Shown: positions 38,250-48,334 of the stretch, piece after piece
Layout: the number at the start of each line of letters is the position of its first letter
Numbering within the stretch: the stretch's first letter is position 1
Assembly (NCBI GenBank): GCA_964587725.1
Contig: CAZPLO010000001.1
Location: forward strand, 1 to 64,000
Origin: an uncultured archaeon
GTDB taxonomy: Archaea; Altiarchaeota; Altiarchaeia; IMC4; SCGC-AAA252-I15
Direction: 5' to 3'
Length of the DNA: 64,000 nucleotides
Translations under genes and position numbers: made by a program
Notes under the pieces: generated by a model
The model's input: the letters and a program-made list of their open reading frames with translations, nothing else
The model's database searches: none
Told to the model about the DNA's origin: nothing

Positions 38250-39994
38250 GTAACCGGCGCCACCCCGCCGACGACGTTGCTGCCGGCCTGCCCCTGCGCG
38301 AACAACCAGTCGAACAGCGCCGGCAATGCCACGGCCAGTATGGCCACGAACCACACCATCAGCACGAAATCCAGCAATGCCGTGTATTTGCTGCCGCCGT
38401 CCACCATCTTTATCGAGTAAGCTGAAAAGGCCGCGTGTAGCAGCAGCACGATGAACAGGAGGTCCTGCACCAAAGGCACGTTTATTTCACCTATCGACGG
38501 GAGCAGGCCCTGAGTGAGGCTGCTAACCGACGGCGTCTGAGCTATCGCCGCGAAAGACTGCTTGAACGTGTTGTCTAGTATGCCGACCATCCGGAGTGTG
38601 GCGTAGGCTGAACCGGTGACCCCCAGCAGCGTCCCGTAGTATACGCCTTTGACGCTGGACGCCAGCTGAAGCCGCAGCTCCCTAAGGGACAGCAGCTGTA
38701 TGAAGTTGTCGCTGATTATCTGGCTCGCCTCCTCCGGGTCGCCTCCGAGGTTGATGACCTGTATGAATATGCTGCCGAACTTCTCTATCATGTTGCTGCC
38801 TGTCTCGCCGGCGAAGTACATCCACGACTGGAATTTGTCGCAACGCACCTTCAAACGCATGTAGAGTTTGTTGACCGCGTCGTTGAGGACCCCGAACTCG
38901 TGTATCCTGAGCGGCCCTATGGTACTGTATAAACTGCCGCCGCGGGCCGACAGTGAGCCGCCGAGGGAGCGGACGAACGCGGGGAAAGCCTGATCCTTGC
39001 GTATTACGGCGTTCTCCATCTGCTGGGACATGAACCCTATCACCGCCAGGGGGGAGGCGGAAATGGCCATCAGCACGGGAAACCAGGGGAGGGGTCTGAA
39101 TATTAGGAGGGGTACGCCCAAGACGAAGCAGGACGCTATTACGGGTATCAAAACCCGCCTCATTTTCTTATATTCTGGAGGCTTGATGGGGAGGCGGTGG
39201 GTTATGGGGTCGTGGGTTATGAAACTGTCTATGAACACAATCGACAGCAGATCTATGAAGAATAGTGCGAGTGCGCTGAGGCCGACGAGCATGTAGATGT
39301 TGTAGCCCATCACCAACGGCAACATAAAGGCGATGGCCATCATGAAGGATATGGCTATGGTGAGTGATACAAGGGCGTCCTGGACCAGGCTAAGTGTTTG
39401 GAGGCTCTGCTTGTACTCGGATGCAAAGTCCTCCATGACGGCGGACTGCTCCTTCCGGAGGAAGGCGTCGATGCGTTCACCGAAGTCGAAGGCCGCGCTC
39501 ATCCGGTCCAGGAAGTTGCCGAGAATCTTCGACGGCACAAGGGTGCTGAGTTTCCTGCACGTCCTCACCAGCCCCAGGTTCCAGTAGTCCGACAAATACG
39601 CGACCTTCTCCATCACCTTCGCAATCTCCCCGTATTCGACGCGCTGGGATGCTAGGCGGAACAGCTGCCGGCGTTTCACGTGCAGGGTTGAGAGGGCGCC
39701 GGCGTAGGTTATGAAGTAGTGTATGTTCTCGTGTATGTTCACCTTAATACGCTCTATCACGTAGTAGGGGTAGACGAAGATGGCGGAAACCCCGAGTATC
39801 ATTATTATCATCGGCGCCAGCAGCAAAACCATGGGGGGCACGCCCAGGTCGAAGGTGCCGCCGTAGAATACCACGAACAGTAGGCCGGAGATGAACAACA
39901 CCATGGTGACCGCCAGCACCGGTGCCACGAATTTCTTGAAGTAGTCGTCTACAGTGTTGTAGCCTGCTAGCCTGATTGCCTCCTCGAAGTCCAT
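38246..39994 (-). CDS. arlJ: Archaellum membrane platform protein ArlJ/FlaJ
   Basis: FITYAGALST, WNL.L..CR, FLDRMS, RKDQAFPAFVRSLG, W.YFAGETGS.MI, DGG; two T2SSF domains. Confidence 0.9.
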   Translation of the reverse strand: MDFEEAIRLAGYNTVDDYFKKFVAPVLAVTMVLFISGLLFVVFYGGTFDLGVPPMVLLLAPMIIMILGVSAIFVYPYYVIERIKVNIHENIHYFITYAGALSTLHVKRRQLFRLASQRVEYGEIAKVMEKVAYLSDYWNLGLVRTCRKLSTLVPSKILGNFLDRMSAAFDFGERIDAFLRKEQSAVMEDFASEYKQSLQTLSLVQDALVSLTIAISFMMAIAFMLPLVMGYNIYMLVGLSALALFFIDLLSIVFIDSFITHDPITHRLPIKPPEYKKMRRVLIPVIASCFVLGVPLLIFRPLPWFPVLMAISASPLAVIGFMSQQMENAVIRKDQAFPAFVRSLGGSLSARGGSLYSTIGPLRIHEFGVLNDAVNKLYMRLKVRCDKFQSWMYFAGETGSNMIEKFGSIFIQVINLGGDPEEASQIISDNFIQLLSLRELRLQLASSVKGVYYGTLLGVTGSAYATLRMVGILDNTFKQSFAAIAQTPSVSSLTQGLLPSIGEINVPLVQDLLFIVLLLHAAFSAYSIKMVDGGSKYTALLDFVLMVWFVAILAVALPALFDWLFAQGQAGSNVVGGVAPVT

Positions 39995-39995
39995 G

Positions 39996-41648
39996 TTACA
40001 CCGAGAATGGGAGACCCTCCTTGCCCTTGTAGTAGTAGGACTTTATTATCTCCCACACGTCGAAGTAGTTGAATATGCCCTCAGATATCATCTTGTTTAT
40101 GATTTTTGCCCTGTACTCGAGTTCATTGTATATTTCGCGCACGTCCTTGTAGCCGAGCATCCGGGCTATCTTCTCCTCCAGGATGTAACTGTTGTGGTAG
40201 CCGAGGAAGCCGAACTCGTCCGACGTCGGCACCCACTCGAACACGGCCGCGGTTCCGACCTTGCCGAGTTCGTCGTAGTATTTGATAAGCTCTGTGACGC
40301 TCAGGACACGGCGGACGAACTTCCCGTGAAGGTACACGGCCTGCTGGATTAAGACGACGTTGAGGTTGTCTATCGCAGATATGGGGACGTTGATTGGGTG
40401 GCCGGTCATACGCTGTATCATCTTGTGGGGGTCGCCGGCGTGGAAGGTGCTCATAACCGGGTGGCCGGTCTGCATCGCCTGGAACGCTATGTTGCCCTCT
40501 TTCTCACGTATCTCACCCACGATGATGTAGTTGGGCCTTGACCGGAGGGCCGCCACCAGCAGCGTCATCATGGTCACGTCCGTTTCCTTCCCGGACTCCC
40601 TAGTTACGAGGTGCTGCCACGCCGGATGCGGCATCGTTACCTCGGGTGTGTTTTCGACGCTGTAGACCTTAGCGTCCGGTTTGATGAATGCGCTGACAGC
40701 GTTCAACGTCGTCGTCTTCCCGGAGGCTGTTTCGCCGCAGATGAATATGCTCATCCCGTTCTCCAGGCACAGCCACATGTATGCGGCCATGTCCGCGGTC
40801 ATCGTGCGCCAGTTCACCAATTGGGTGATGCTGATGGGGACCTTGCTGAACTTCCGGATGGTGAAGCTGCTGCCCTCCAAACTTACTTCGCGACCGTAGA
40901 TGAAGTTGGCCCGGCTGCCATCCGGCATGATGGCGTCCACCACCGGCTGCGCCTCGCTAACCGGCCGCTCCACCCGCTCGCTGCTGTTGAAGACGTACTT
41001 GTCCAACTGCAGGTCTGTGTTGAATATGATGTTTGTGGCAACCATCTCGAAAATCTTGTGGATGGTATACACTCTCGCGACGCCTATGCAGTGTATGTCC
41101 TCTATGTAGGGGTCACGGAGCAGCGGCTCCAGTATGCCGTAGCCGACCCGTTCGCGGATGAGAAAGTACTTGATTTTCTCGTACTCCTGCTGGGTCATCC
41201 TGATTCTTCCGCCACCTCCTAACTGCGACATAATATTTTCTATGGCGCCTTTCTTCCTGCCGGACTCCAGCCTCTTACCCTCCACCTCCACCAAATCACC
41301 CATCAGCTTCACCAGTATGTCGCTGAGGTCCTCGGTGGTCTCGCTGGTGTCCATGGTGTGAGCTATCTTAATCAGCTGGTCGCTGATTTTGTTGAACATC
41401 TCCTGCTCATGCGGCATCAGCTGAGGCTCCACCGCAATGTACTGGGTCTCGTTCTCCCCGGGGCGGCGGAGGATGTGGATGAATATGGGGTCGCCGACGG
41501 GGTACATGATGTTGGGGAACTCCTCCCCCTTCAGACTCCGGTCCAGCTGCACGTAGAAGTCCGGCTTCTCCACGCTCTTGTTCTGCAGGTACTCCCGCAG
41601 GTGCGGGTTCCTCGCCTGCGCCTCCTGGAACTCCTTCTCGTCCGGCAT
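39996..41648 (-). CDS. arlI: Archaellum motor ATPase ArlI/FlaI
   Basis: NPHLREY, YPVGDPIFIHI, DPYIEDIHC.G, GETASGKTTTLNA, LRSRPNYIIVGEIR, NSYILEEKIA. Confidence 0.93.
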   Translation of the reverse strand: MPDEKEFQEAQARNPHLREYLQNKSVEKPDFYVQLDRSLKGEEFPNIMYPVGDPIFIHILRRPGENETQYIAVEPQLMPHEQEMFNKISDQLIKIAHTMDTSETTEDLSDILVKLMGDLVEVEGKRLESGRKKGAIENIMSQLGGGGRIRMTQQEYEKIKYFLIRERVGYGILEPLLRDPYIEDIHCIGVARVYTIHKIFEMVATNIIFNTDLQLDKYVFNSSERVERPVSEAQPVVDAIMPDGSRANFIYGREVSLEGSSFTIRKFSKVPISITQLVNWRTMTADMAAYMWLCLENGMSIFICGETASGKTTTLNAVSAFIKPDAKVYSVENTPEVTMPHPAWQHLVTRESGKETDVTMMTLLVAALRSRPNYIIVGEIREKEGNIAFQAMQTGHPVMSTFHAGDPHKMIQRMTGHPINVPISAIDNLNVVLIQQAVYLHGKFVRRVLSVTELIKYYDELGKVGTAAVFEWVPTSDEFGFLGYHNSYILEEKIARMLGYKDVREIYNELEYRAKIINKMISEGIFNYFDVWEIIKSYYYKGKEGLPFSV

Positions 41649-41649
41649 C

Positions 41650-42378
41650 CTAAGCCAAACCTCCTATGTCTATGATGAGGCCCTGGCCCGGCTCAACACG
41701 GAACGCAATCTGGGGAACAACCTGTATCTTGCTGCGCTTGAACCGGTTCACCGCCATGTACTTCTTGGTTTCCCCTCCCAGCTCCTTCATCCCGAACTCC
41801 AGGTATATGTCCGACACCGACCGGAAGAGCGTTAACAGGCTCTTGTTCAATTGGTCGGGGTCGACGGTCATCATCACAATCTTCCCCTTGTTGGTGAGTT
41901 TCTTGAAGAACTTAATGACCTCGAATGCTTTCTCGTCGCTGATGTTGCCCTGCACCAGCAGAAAGGATATGGTATCTATGATTATCACCGTCTTCTCGAA
42001 TAGTTTCTTGGCGGACAGCAGCCTTTCAAGAAAGTCTTTCCGCAGTTTTCCTCCGCCTATGAACGGGAACATGGGTATGAACAGGAGGCGCTCGTCTATC
42101 ACGTATTCGTCGACCACGTACTGGAGGGAGTCCATCTGCTCCAGGAACTCCTTCGTCGACAGTTCCGCGCTGATGTAGGTGGCGGTTGCGCCGTTAACCA
42201 GCGACGAATACAGGAGACGCTGGACCAGCAGGCTCTTGCCCATCCCGTCCTTCCCCTCTATAAGCATCAGGGAACCGTAGGGAAGGGCGCCGCCTAACTT
42301 GGTGTGCAGCATGTCCCTTTTAATCCGCATGCTCAGGAACTGGTTGTCGGATTCCTGCTCGTCTGGTTCCTCAGCCAT
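41650..42378 (-). CDS. arlH: Archaellum KaiC-like regulator ArlH/FlaH
   Basis: RDMLHTKLGGALPYGSLMLIEG.DGMGKS..QRL.Y, FLEQM.SL.Y, FRVEPG.G. Confidence 0.92.
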   Translation of the reverse strand: MAEEPDEQESDNQFLSMRIKRDMLHTKLGGALPYGSLMLIEGKDGMGKSLLVQRLLYSSLVNGATATYISAELSTKEFLEQMDSLQYVVDEYVIDERLLFIPMFPFIGGGKLRKDFLERLLSAKKLFEKTVIIIDTISFLLVQGNISDEKAFEVIKFFKKLTNKGKIVMMTVDPDQLNKSLLTLFRSVSDIYLEFGMKELGGETKKYMAVNRFKRSKIQVVPQIAFRVEPGQGLIIDIGGLA

Positions 42379-42409
42379 CCTGCGTTACAGTATTTGTAAA
42401 GGGTATATA

Positions 42410-42745
42410 TTATTCCGATTCAGCGTTCTCCTGCGCCTCCTGCTGTCCCTGTTCCCTGACACCCGCCTTCTCCAGCAGGTTTTCCGACATGGCTATGATC
42501 CTCTCCAGATTGTCTTCGATGCTGGTGAGCCGCTCCTGATTCTCGTGAGTGAGTTCAAGGGTTTTTGAGACTGTAACGTCGAGTTCGTCGGTTTTGGACT
42601 CCAGCGTGTGTATGCGGTCGTTTATCTGCTCCTTTGCTTCGTTGAACTCCTTGACCTGTTCGGCAATAATTTCCAGTCTGACGGTGGTGACACTCTTCTT
42701 CCGCCTGAATAACCCCCCCAACTTGTTCAGCAATCCGTCCAACAT
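42410..42745 (-). CDS. Coiled-coil protein, ArlC/FlaC-like
   Basis: RIHTLESK..ELD.TV...ENQERLTSIEDNLERIIAMSE resembles FlaC; directly upstream of arlH. Confidence 0.55.
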   Translation of the reverse strand: MLDGLLNKLGGLFRRKKSVTTVRLEIIAEQVKEFNEAKEQINDRIHTLESKTDELDVTVSKTLELTHENQERLTSIEDNLERIIAMSENLLEKAGVREQGQQEAQENAESE

Positions 42746-42793
42746 AGACCCGGGACACCCAAGAGTACTTACGTTTAAGCGTATAAAACGGCT

Positions 42794-43519
42794 TCAGCGG
42801 GGGCATACCAGCGAGTACCCGCGTTCCAGCTGGGTCTCGCATTCCGCCACCTTCATAGGGTTCATGAACGACCTGCACAGGCTCTCGTTGTTGAGGTTGA
42901 ACGCCACGCACATGATGCATTTGTCGTGTATCGCCATCAAGTCGATGTCCTCGCCGGGAACACGCTTGCATATCTCTGTGTCGTTGAGTTTCATCCCCAC
43001 CGACCCGTAGCAGTTGTATGTTGCCTTCTGCGTGGACAGTTTGTCGCATAAGGTGACGTTGGCTGTGCTCAACGCGAGGGAGAGGAAGCAGCGGTCTCGC
43101 TCCGCCGGGTCGGTTTTTTTATCGCAGAGTTTGACTGTCTGGAAGGTGGTGGTGTAATAGACTGCCACCGCCACCACGAGAATCAACAGCGCCACAACCG
43201 CCACCACAAACCATTTGGTGAAGTTTATCCGCTCCAGGATGTGTATTTTCCCGCGTTTCTCCTCCACCGTGCGATGGTACCCTGGGACGTGGAGGGTCTC
43301 CTTCGCCAGCACCTCCTTCGTCCTCTCCAGGCCGACGTAGTCGATGAAAACGTTTTTGATTATCCTGTTGAGGACCAGCTTCAGCTGCTCGTCCTTCAGC
43401 TCGTCCTCCGAGACGCCGGTTTTCTTGACCGCCTGGTCTACCTTCTGAACTCCATCGGGACCCTCGTAGAGTACGAACGCCTTCTTCCGGAGGTCCTCTA
43501 TCTTCGGGTTCATATACAT
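42794..43519 (-). CDS. Bitopic protein with cytoplasmic N-domain, TM and extracellular Cys repeats
   Basis: TM WFVVAVVALLILVVAVAVYY; RDRCFLSLA..LCDKL, NCY..V..D.EIC. Confidence 0.78.
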   Translation of the reverse strand: MYMNPKIEDLRKKAFVLYEGPDGVQKVDQAVKKTGVSEDELKDEQLKLVLNRIIKNVFIDYVGLERTKEVLAKETLHVPGYHRTVEEKRGKIHILERINFTKWFVVAVVALLILVVAVAVYYTTTFQTVKLCDKKTDPAERDRCFLSLALSTANVTLCDKLSTQKATYNCYGSVGMKLNDTEICKRVPGEDIDLMAIHDKCIMCVAFNLNNESLCRSFMNPMKVAECETQLERGYSLVCPR

Positions 43520-43564
43520 GAGTATATGCGGTGTTTAATAAAATACCCGGCTTATATTCTATCG

Positions 43565-43993
43565 ATGAGTGGTCAGGCCTCGGTGGAATGGATTGTGATA
43601 ATGTCCGTCGCCATACTGGTGCTCGCCATCATGCTCTCCCTGAACGAAAACAGCTACCAGACGTTCAAGAGCAACGTCCGCGTGGGGAAGGCGAAGGCGG
43701 CGTTGAACGACATCAAAAACGCGGTGGACTTCGTGTACAGCCAGGGAACGGGCGCCAAGACCAGACTCTATGTCACGGTGCCGGAGGCCAGCAACTTCAC
43801 CATAACCACGCTGCCCGGTGGCGTGGGACACATACAGTGCATAGTGTATGTGCGCGGTCAGGAGGAGGTGTTCGACGCGTTCACTGACGCTAACATAACA
43901 GGGAGCATACCGTCGACATCTGGAGGATACTGCATCGACGTGGAATACGCGGAAGCGGCGGTCAGCATAACCAGGAGCAGCGGCTCGTGTTGA
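43565..43993 (+). CDS. Type IV pilin-like protein (class III signal peptide)
   Basis: MSG/QASVEW followed by a hydrophobic helix; VYSQG.GAK. Confidence 0.82.
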   Translation: MSGQASVEWIVIMSVAILVLAIMLSLNENSYQTFKSNVRVGKAKAALNDIKNAVDFVYSQGTGAKTRLYVTVPEASNFTITTLPGGVGHIQCIVYVRGQEEVFDAFTDANITGSIPSTSGGYCIDVEYAEAAVSITRSSGSC

Positions 43994-43995
43994 GG

Positions 43996-44406
43996 ATGAA
44001 CGGGGGACAGGTTACGGTGGAATACATCATAATCACCGGGATAGTGTCCATTATCTTTCTGGTGGCGTTCAACTTCATATCCGAGGAGCGGAAGACCACG
44101 GCAGAGGACATCTGGTCCATGGACGGCGACAAGACTGCGGAGGCCGTAGCCCACGCCATAAACACCGCATACCTCGCAGGCGACGGCGCGGAAGTCAACG
44201 TCACCCTGCCTGAGAAGCTGACAGGTGGCTTAGACTACACGGTGACGGTGTATCGGCGGCTGGTGACAGTGGAGGTGCCCTCCTACGGCAGGGAGTTCGA
44301 GTGGAAGTACGTCACCGGCGGAGTAAATGGAACCACGGACGGCCTCACACTCGGCAAAGGCACGGTGACTGTTGAAAACAGGAACGGGACAATCTATTTG
44401 ACATGA
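43996..44406 (+). CDS. Type IV pilin-like protein (class III signal peptide)
   Basis: GG/QVTVEY followed by a hydrophobic helix; IN.AYLAGDG. Confidence 0.8.
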   Translation: MNGGQVTVEYIIITGIVSIIFLVAFNFISEERKTTAEDIWSMDGDKTAEAVAHAINTAYLAGDGAEVNVTLPEKLTGGLDYTVTVYRRLVTVEVPSYGREFEWKYVTGGVNGTTDGLTLGKGTVTVENRNGTIYLT

Positions 44407-44918
44407 AATCTTCGGACAACAGGGGGCTGGTGTTGACGTTGGATTTAGTGGCGGCGCTGCTGCTTTTCCTGGTTATAATACTGACGGTTCTGTGGCTGTG
44501 GGGGCTTTCAAGAACCAATGTAACGGATTACCGGGAGACGGACGCCCGCCAGGAGAGGCTGCTGGCTGTGTCTTCCATGCTGGTCGGCACGGGGGGGCAG
44601 CCTCCTGACTGGCACCTCCAGGGATCGATAGACAGGGATAACGTCGACGCCCTCGGCCTCGCATCCGATCCGCACATACTGGACAGGAACAAACTGGAGG
44701 CGTTAGAGGCCGCAGACTACCAGGACCTCCGGGAGATACTGGGGCTGGGGGACGAAGAATTCAACGTCAGCGTAATAGAGAACTGGAGCGGCGACGCCAG
44801 GGTATTGTACAGCGCCGGCCGGACGGTGGAGTCTGGTGAGGTCAGGGTTTTCAGGCGCTACGCGCTGCTGAACGATACGAGGGTGGAGTTGAGGTTGGAG
44901 GCGTACTACGACAAATGA
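44403..44918 (+). CDS. Minor pilin-like protein
   Basis: RG/LVLTLD followed by a hydrophobic helix; GQPPDW, LGLA. Confidence 0.75.
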   Translation: MKSSDNRGLVLTLDLVAALLLFLVIILTVLWLWGLSRTNVTDYRETDARQERLLAVSSMLVGTGGQPPDWHLQGSIDRDNVDALGLASDPHILDRNKLEALEAADYQDLREILGLGDEEFNVSVIENWSGDARVLYSAGRTVESGEVRVFRRYALLNDTRVELRLEAYYDK

Positions 44919-45304
44919 AAAAAGGGTTCATACTCACCATGGACGCGATGGTGGCCCTCATGGTGGGGGCGGTGCTGGTGACCGGCATACTGTATTTCGT
45001 AACCCGCCCCAGCCACGACACCGGCGAACAAATGTATGCGGCGGCCGCTGACTTCCTGGCCGTGGGAGACAAGGAGGGCAGCATCGTCGACGCGTTGAAC
45101 GGCCGGCCGGGAGACGTCAGCGAGCTCATGTATTCGATGCCCCATAACCTGTGCCTCAACCTGACGGTGGTGAACGCATCAGGGCAAGTGTTTTACAGCA
45201 ACAGCAGCGGCTGCAACGAATCATACAGTTACGTGATGGCGAAACGCATCATAGTGAACGGCACCGACTATTACACAGCCAGGGCGAGGGTGTGGTCGAG
45301 ATGA
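44915..45304 (+). CDS. Minor pilin-like protein
   Basis: MKKG/FILTMDA followed by a hydrophobic helix. Confidence 0.78.
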   Translation: MKKGFILTMDAMVALMVGAVLVTGILYFVTRPSHDTGEQMYAAAADFLAVGDKEGSIVDALNGRPGDVSELMYSMPHNLCLNLTVVNASGQVFYSNSSGCNESYSYVMAKRIIVNGTDYYTARARVWSR

Positions 45305-46560
45305 GAGGCTACCTGTTCACCGCCTTGACGGTGTTGATGCTGGCGTCCCTGTTCGTATTCTCCTACTACTTCTACACCACAGACTACGCCTCCACCGCCG
45401 CAGACATACGAGCCGAAAAAACAGCCAACGTATTCGACGACGTCGCCTGTGACGTGGAGGAAATACTGGGGTTGGACGCCGCCGTTAGGGCGGGCTCGGA
45501 CACCGTATACGGGTTCAACGACCGGTTCCCCGCCGCAGGAATACCGTCGACCATACGGAACTACACAGACTACGTTGAAGGCGCGTACGCCACTGAAACA
45601 GCGGCGGAACTCTCGTTGAACGCTGGAGCACTGTCTTCTGCCACCGCGTCGGTGGACTTCACACTCCATCCGTTCAAGTACGCGTACGGTTACGGGAACC
45701 TCAGCAAGAAGACGGTTTGGTTCAGGAACCTCACCCTGGAGTACGAGCCCCTGGAATTGAACCTGACGCTCGACTTCCGCGGCGAGAACGCTAAAGACAT
45801 GATATGGACGGAGGCTGAAGACTACTCCCTCACAGGCGAAACAGTGGTGGACGACTCCGACGCGTCCGAAGACAGCTACGTAAGGGACTTCGCCTCCATG
45901 AACACGTTCATAGATGTGCCCTTGAACGTTAACTACACGTTATGGGTCAGAACAGTATACGACAATAGCAGCAAAAACTTCACCGTGGAAATAGACGGAC
46001 GGAATAGCAGCAGATTCGACTTGAGGGATGAGGGGGCATCTTCCGCGTCGTTCAAATGGTTCAACGACACCGACGAATTCAACCTCACCGCCGGGGTGAA
46101 GACGGTGAAGGTGCATTCACTGGGCGCCGGGACGGAGTCCATAGACGTCATCATGCTGACGACGGACTACCTCGACCTGGCGGACGCGCACAATACCCGG
46201 CCCCGAGACCCCTTCACATTCTACAACATAAGCGGTGGAGACATGGAGGTGAATGTGAAGGTGTTGTTCGACAACGCCAACCACACCCACACGTCGGATT
46301 TGAGCAGGACTGCGGAGTCGCAGTGGAACATCACATTCAGGGACGGGGACGGGGTGAACGTGCGTCTCGGAGGAGCGGATGGACACTACAGCAGCTTCAC
46401 CGCGGCATTGAACGACACAGTGAACTCCAGCAACGGAAACCTGAACTCTTCGGCGGTGTTCTCGGACACGGGCGACGAACGGTACGTGGACAGCGGCTGC
46501 ACGCTCAACCAGGCCGGCGGACTCGCTAGAACAGGAAGGCTGTGGCTCGCAGCCGGCTGA
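45301..46560 (+). CDS. Large pilin/adhesin-like protein with possible carbohydrate-binding insert
   Basis: MRG/YLFT followed by a hydrophobic helix; internal WTEAEDY...YTLWVR...LTAG...ID segment resembling CBM6/35. Confidence 0.65.
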   Translation: MRGYLFTALTVLMLASLFVFSYYFYTTDYASTAADIRAEKTANVFDDVACDVEEILGLDAAVRAGSDTVYGFNDRFPAAGIPSTIRNYTDYVEGAYATETAAELSLNAGALSSATASVDFTLHPFKYAYGYGNLSKKTVWFRNLTLEYEPLELNLTLDFRGENAKDMIWTEAEDYSLTGETVVDDSDASEDSYVRDFASMNTFIDVPLNVNYTLWVRTVYDNSSKNFTVEIDGRNSSRFDLRDEGASSASFKWFNDTDEFNLTAGVKTVKVHSLGAGTESIDVIMLTTDYLDLADAHNTRPRDPFTFYNISGGDMEVNVKVLFDNANHTHTSDLSRTAESQWNITFRDGDGVNVRLGGADGHYSSFTAALNDTVNSSNGNLNSSAVFSDTGDERYVDSGCTLNQAGGLARTGRLWLAAG

Positions 46561-46594
46561 AGTTTTTATTACTGCACAGTAATGGTTTAGTAGG

Positions 46595-48334
46595 ATGGTC
46601 GAGATCAGGACTAAAGCGGACGCGCTGGTCGACGCGGTGAGGAAGTCCGAGGAGGGGGTGGGACTCGACCGCCTCGCAAAGGAAGCCGGCGTCGACGCAG
46701 ACACAGCGGAACGCTGGGTCAACCAGATGGAGGACATGCTGGACATAGACTACAGCATAAACCTGTTCAAGAAACCCACCGTCCGGATGAAAAAAGCCGA
46801 AGTCAAACGCACACCCAACATATTCCTAGACAGCGAAGGTGAGACCATCGAATCCTACGACATAACCGTCGACAAGGTCCCCGCGCAGATAATCATCCAG
46901 GACCGGAAAGGCGACTTCATGCGCACCTACTACGTTGGAATGCCTGTTTTGGGAGAGGGAACCCACACCCTACTCAACAACGTGGTTAAGGAACTCGCGG
47001 TGAAGGTGTCCACCCGCACCGAAGACATATCAGACCCCCGGAAGGCGTCCGAGATAAAAGGCAAGTTCAGGATGGAGGCGCGGCAGAGGATACTTGACGA
47101 GATGCCGGTTACGGAGGAGCAGGCCGACATACTCTCCGGGCTGATAATGCACAGGGTGTACGGCCTCGACGACCTGGAGATAATCCTGGGAGACGACCTC
47201 ATAGAGGAACTGTGCATAAACGCCGGCGACCTCCCCATCATAGTGTATCACAGGAAGTACGGGTGGCTGAAGACCAACGTCGTCGTGCCGGAGGAGAAGG
47301 ACATATTCGACTACGCCTCCCTCATCGGCCGTAAGGTGGGTAAGGACATCACCAACTTGAACCCGCTGATGGACGCCCGCCTCATCACCGGCGACCGCGT
47401 CGCGGCGTCGCTGTTCCCCATCTCCTCACAGGGGAATACGATAACCATACGGAAGTTCGCGCGGGAGCCGTGGACGATAGTGGACTTCATGAGCCCGGAA
47501 TACAACACCATCTCTTCCGAGATAGCGGCGTTCCTGTGGCTGTGCATACAATACGAGTTGAGCGTCATGGTCGCCGGCGGCACAGCCTCCGGGAAGACGA
47601 GCATGCTCAACAGTTTGTGCGCGTTCATACCGCCGGGGCAGAGGGTGGTAAGCATAGAGGACACCCGCGAGATACAACTGCCGTCGCACCTGGGATTGAA
47701 CTGGATACAGCTGACCACGCGGGAGCCGAACCCCGACGGCCTCGGAGGCGTCACCATGCTGGATTTGATTGTGTCTTCGCTGAGGATGCGACCGGACCGC
47801 GTGATAGTGGGCGAGATACGGAACCGGGACGAGGCGGAGGTATTGTTCGAGGCCATGCACACCGGCCACTCAGTGTATTCGACGATGCACGCGGACACCG
47901 CCATGCACGTCCGCCGGCGGGTGACGGAGCCGCCGATACAGATTCCGGAGGCCGAATTGGAGGCACTGCAGGTGATACTTACACAGTACCGTGACCGCCT
48001 GCACGGGATACGCCGCACATTCGAGATAGCGGAGGTCATACCTGGGACGAGGGAGCGGCGGCTGGAGCTGAAGTACCTTTACAGGTGGAGGATCAAGACC
48101 GACACCTTCGAACAGGTCGACAGAAGCAACCGCGTATACAACGACCTCAACCTGTACACCGGCATGAGCGTGAAGGAGATAGAGCAGGACCTGCTGGAAA
48201 AAAAGCAGGTGCTGGAGTGGCTGCTGGAGAACAAAGTCAACCGGATGGACGAGATAGGGCAGGTCATGAACATGTACTACACGGACAAGGACGAACTCAT
48301 AAACGCGGTCCAAGCCAAGAAGAAGATAGAATGA
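46595..48334 (+). CDS. Type IV pilus assembly ATPase
   Basis: TIRKF, GGTASGKTS, IEDTREI, LRMRPDRVIVGEIR, TGHSVYSTMHA. Confidence 0.93.
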   Translation: MVEIRTKADALVDAVRKSEEGVGLDRLAKEAGVDADTAERWVNQMEDMLDIDYSINLFKKPTVRMKKAEVKRTPNIFLDSEGETIESYDITVDKVPAQIIIQDRKGDFMRTYYVGMPVLGEGTHTLLNNVVKELAVKVSTRTEDISDPRKASEIKGKFRMEARQRILDEMPVTEEQADILSGLIMHRVYGLDDLEIILGDDLIEELCINAGDLPIIVYHRKYGWLKTNVVVPEEKDIFDYASLIGRKVGKDITNLNPLMDARLITGDRVAASLFPISSQGNTITIRKFAREPWTIVDFMSPEYNTISSEIAAFLWLCIQYELSVMVAGGTASGKTSMLNSLCAFIPPGQRVVSIEDTREIQLPSHLGLNWIQLTTREPNPDGLGGVTMLDLIVSSLRMRPDRVIVGEIRNRDEAEVLFEAMHTGHSVYSTMHADTAMHVRRRVTEPPIQIPEAELEALQVILTQYRDRLHGIRRTFEIAEVIPGTRERRLELKYLYRWRIKTDTFEQVDRSNRVYNDLNLYTGMSVKEIEQDLLEKKQVLEWLLENKVNRMDEIGQVMNMYYTDKDELINAVQAKKKIE

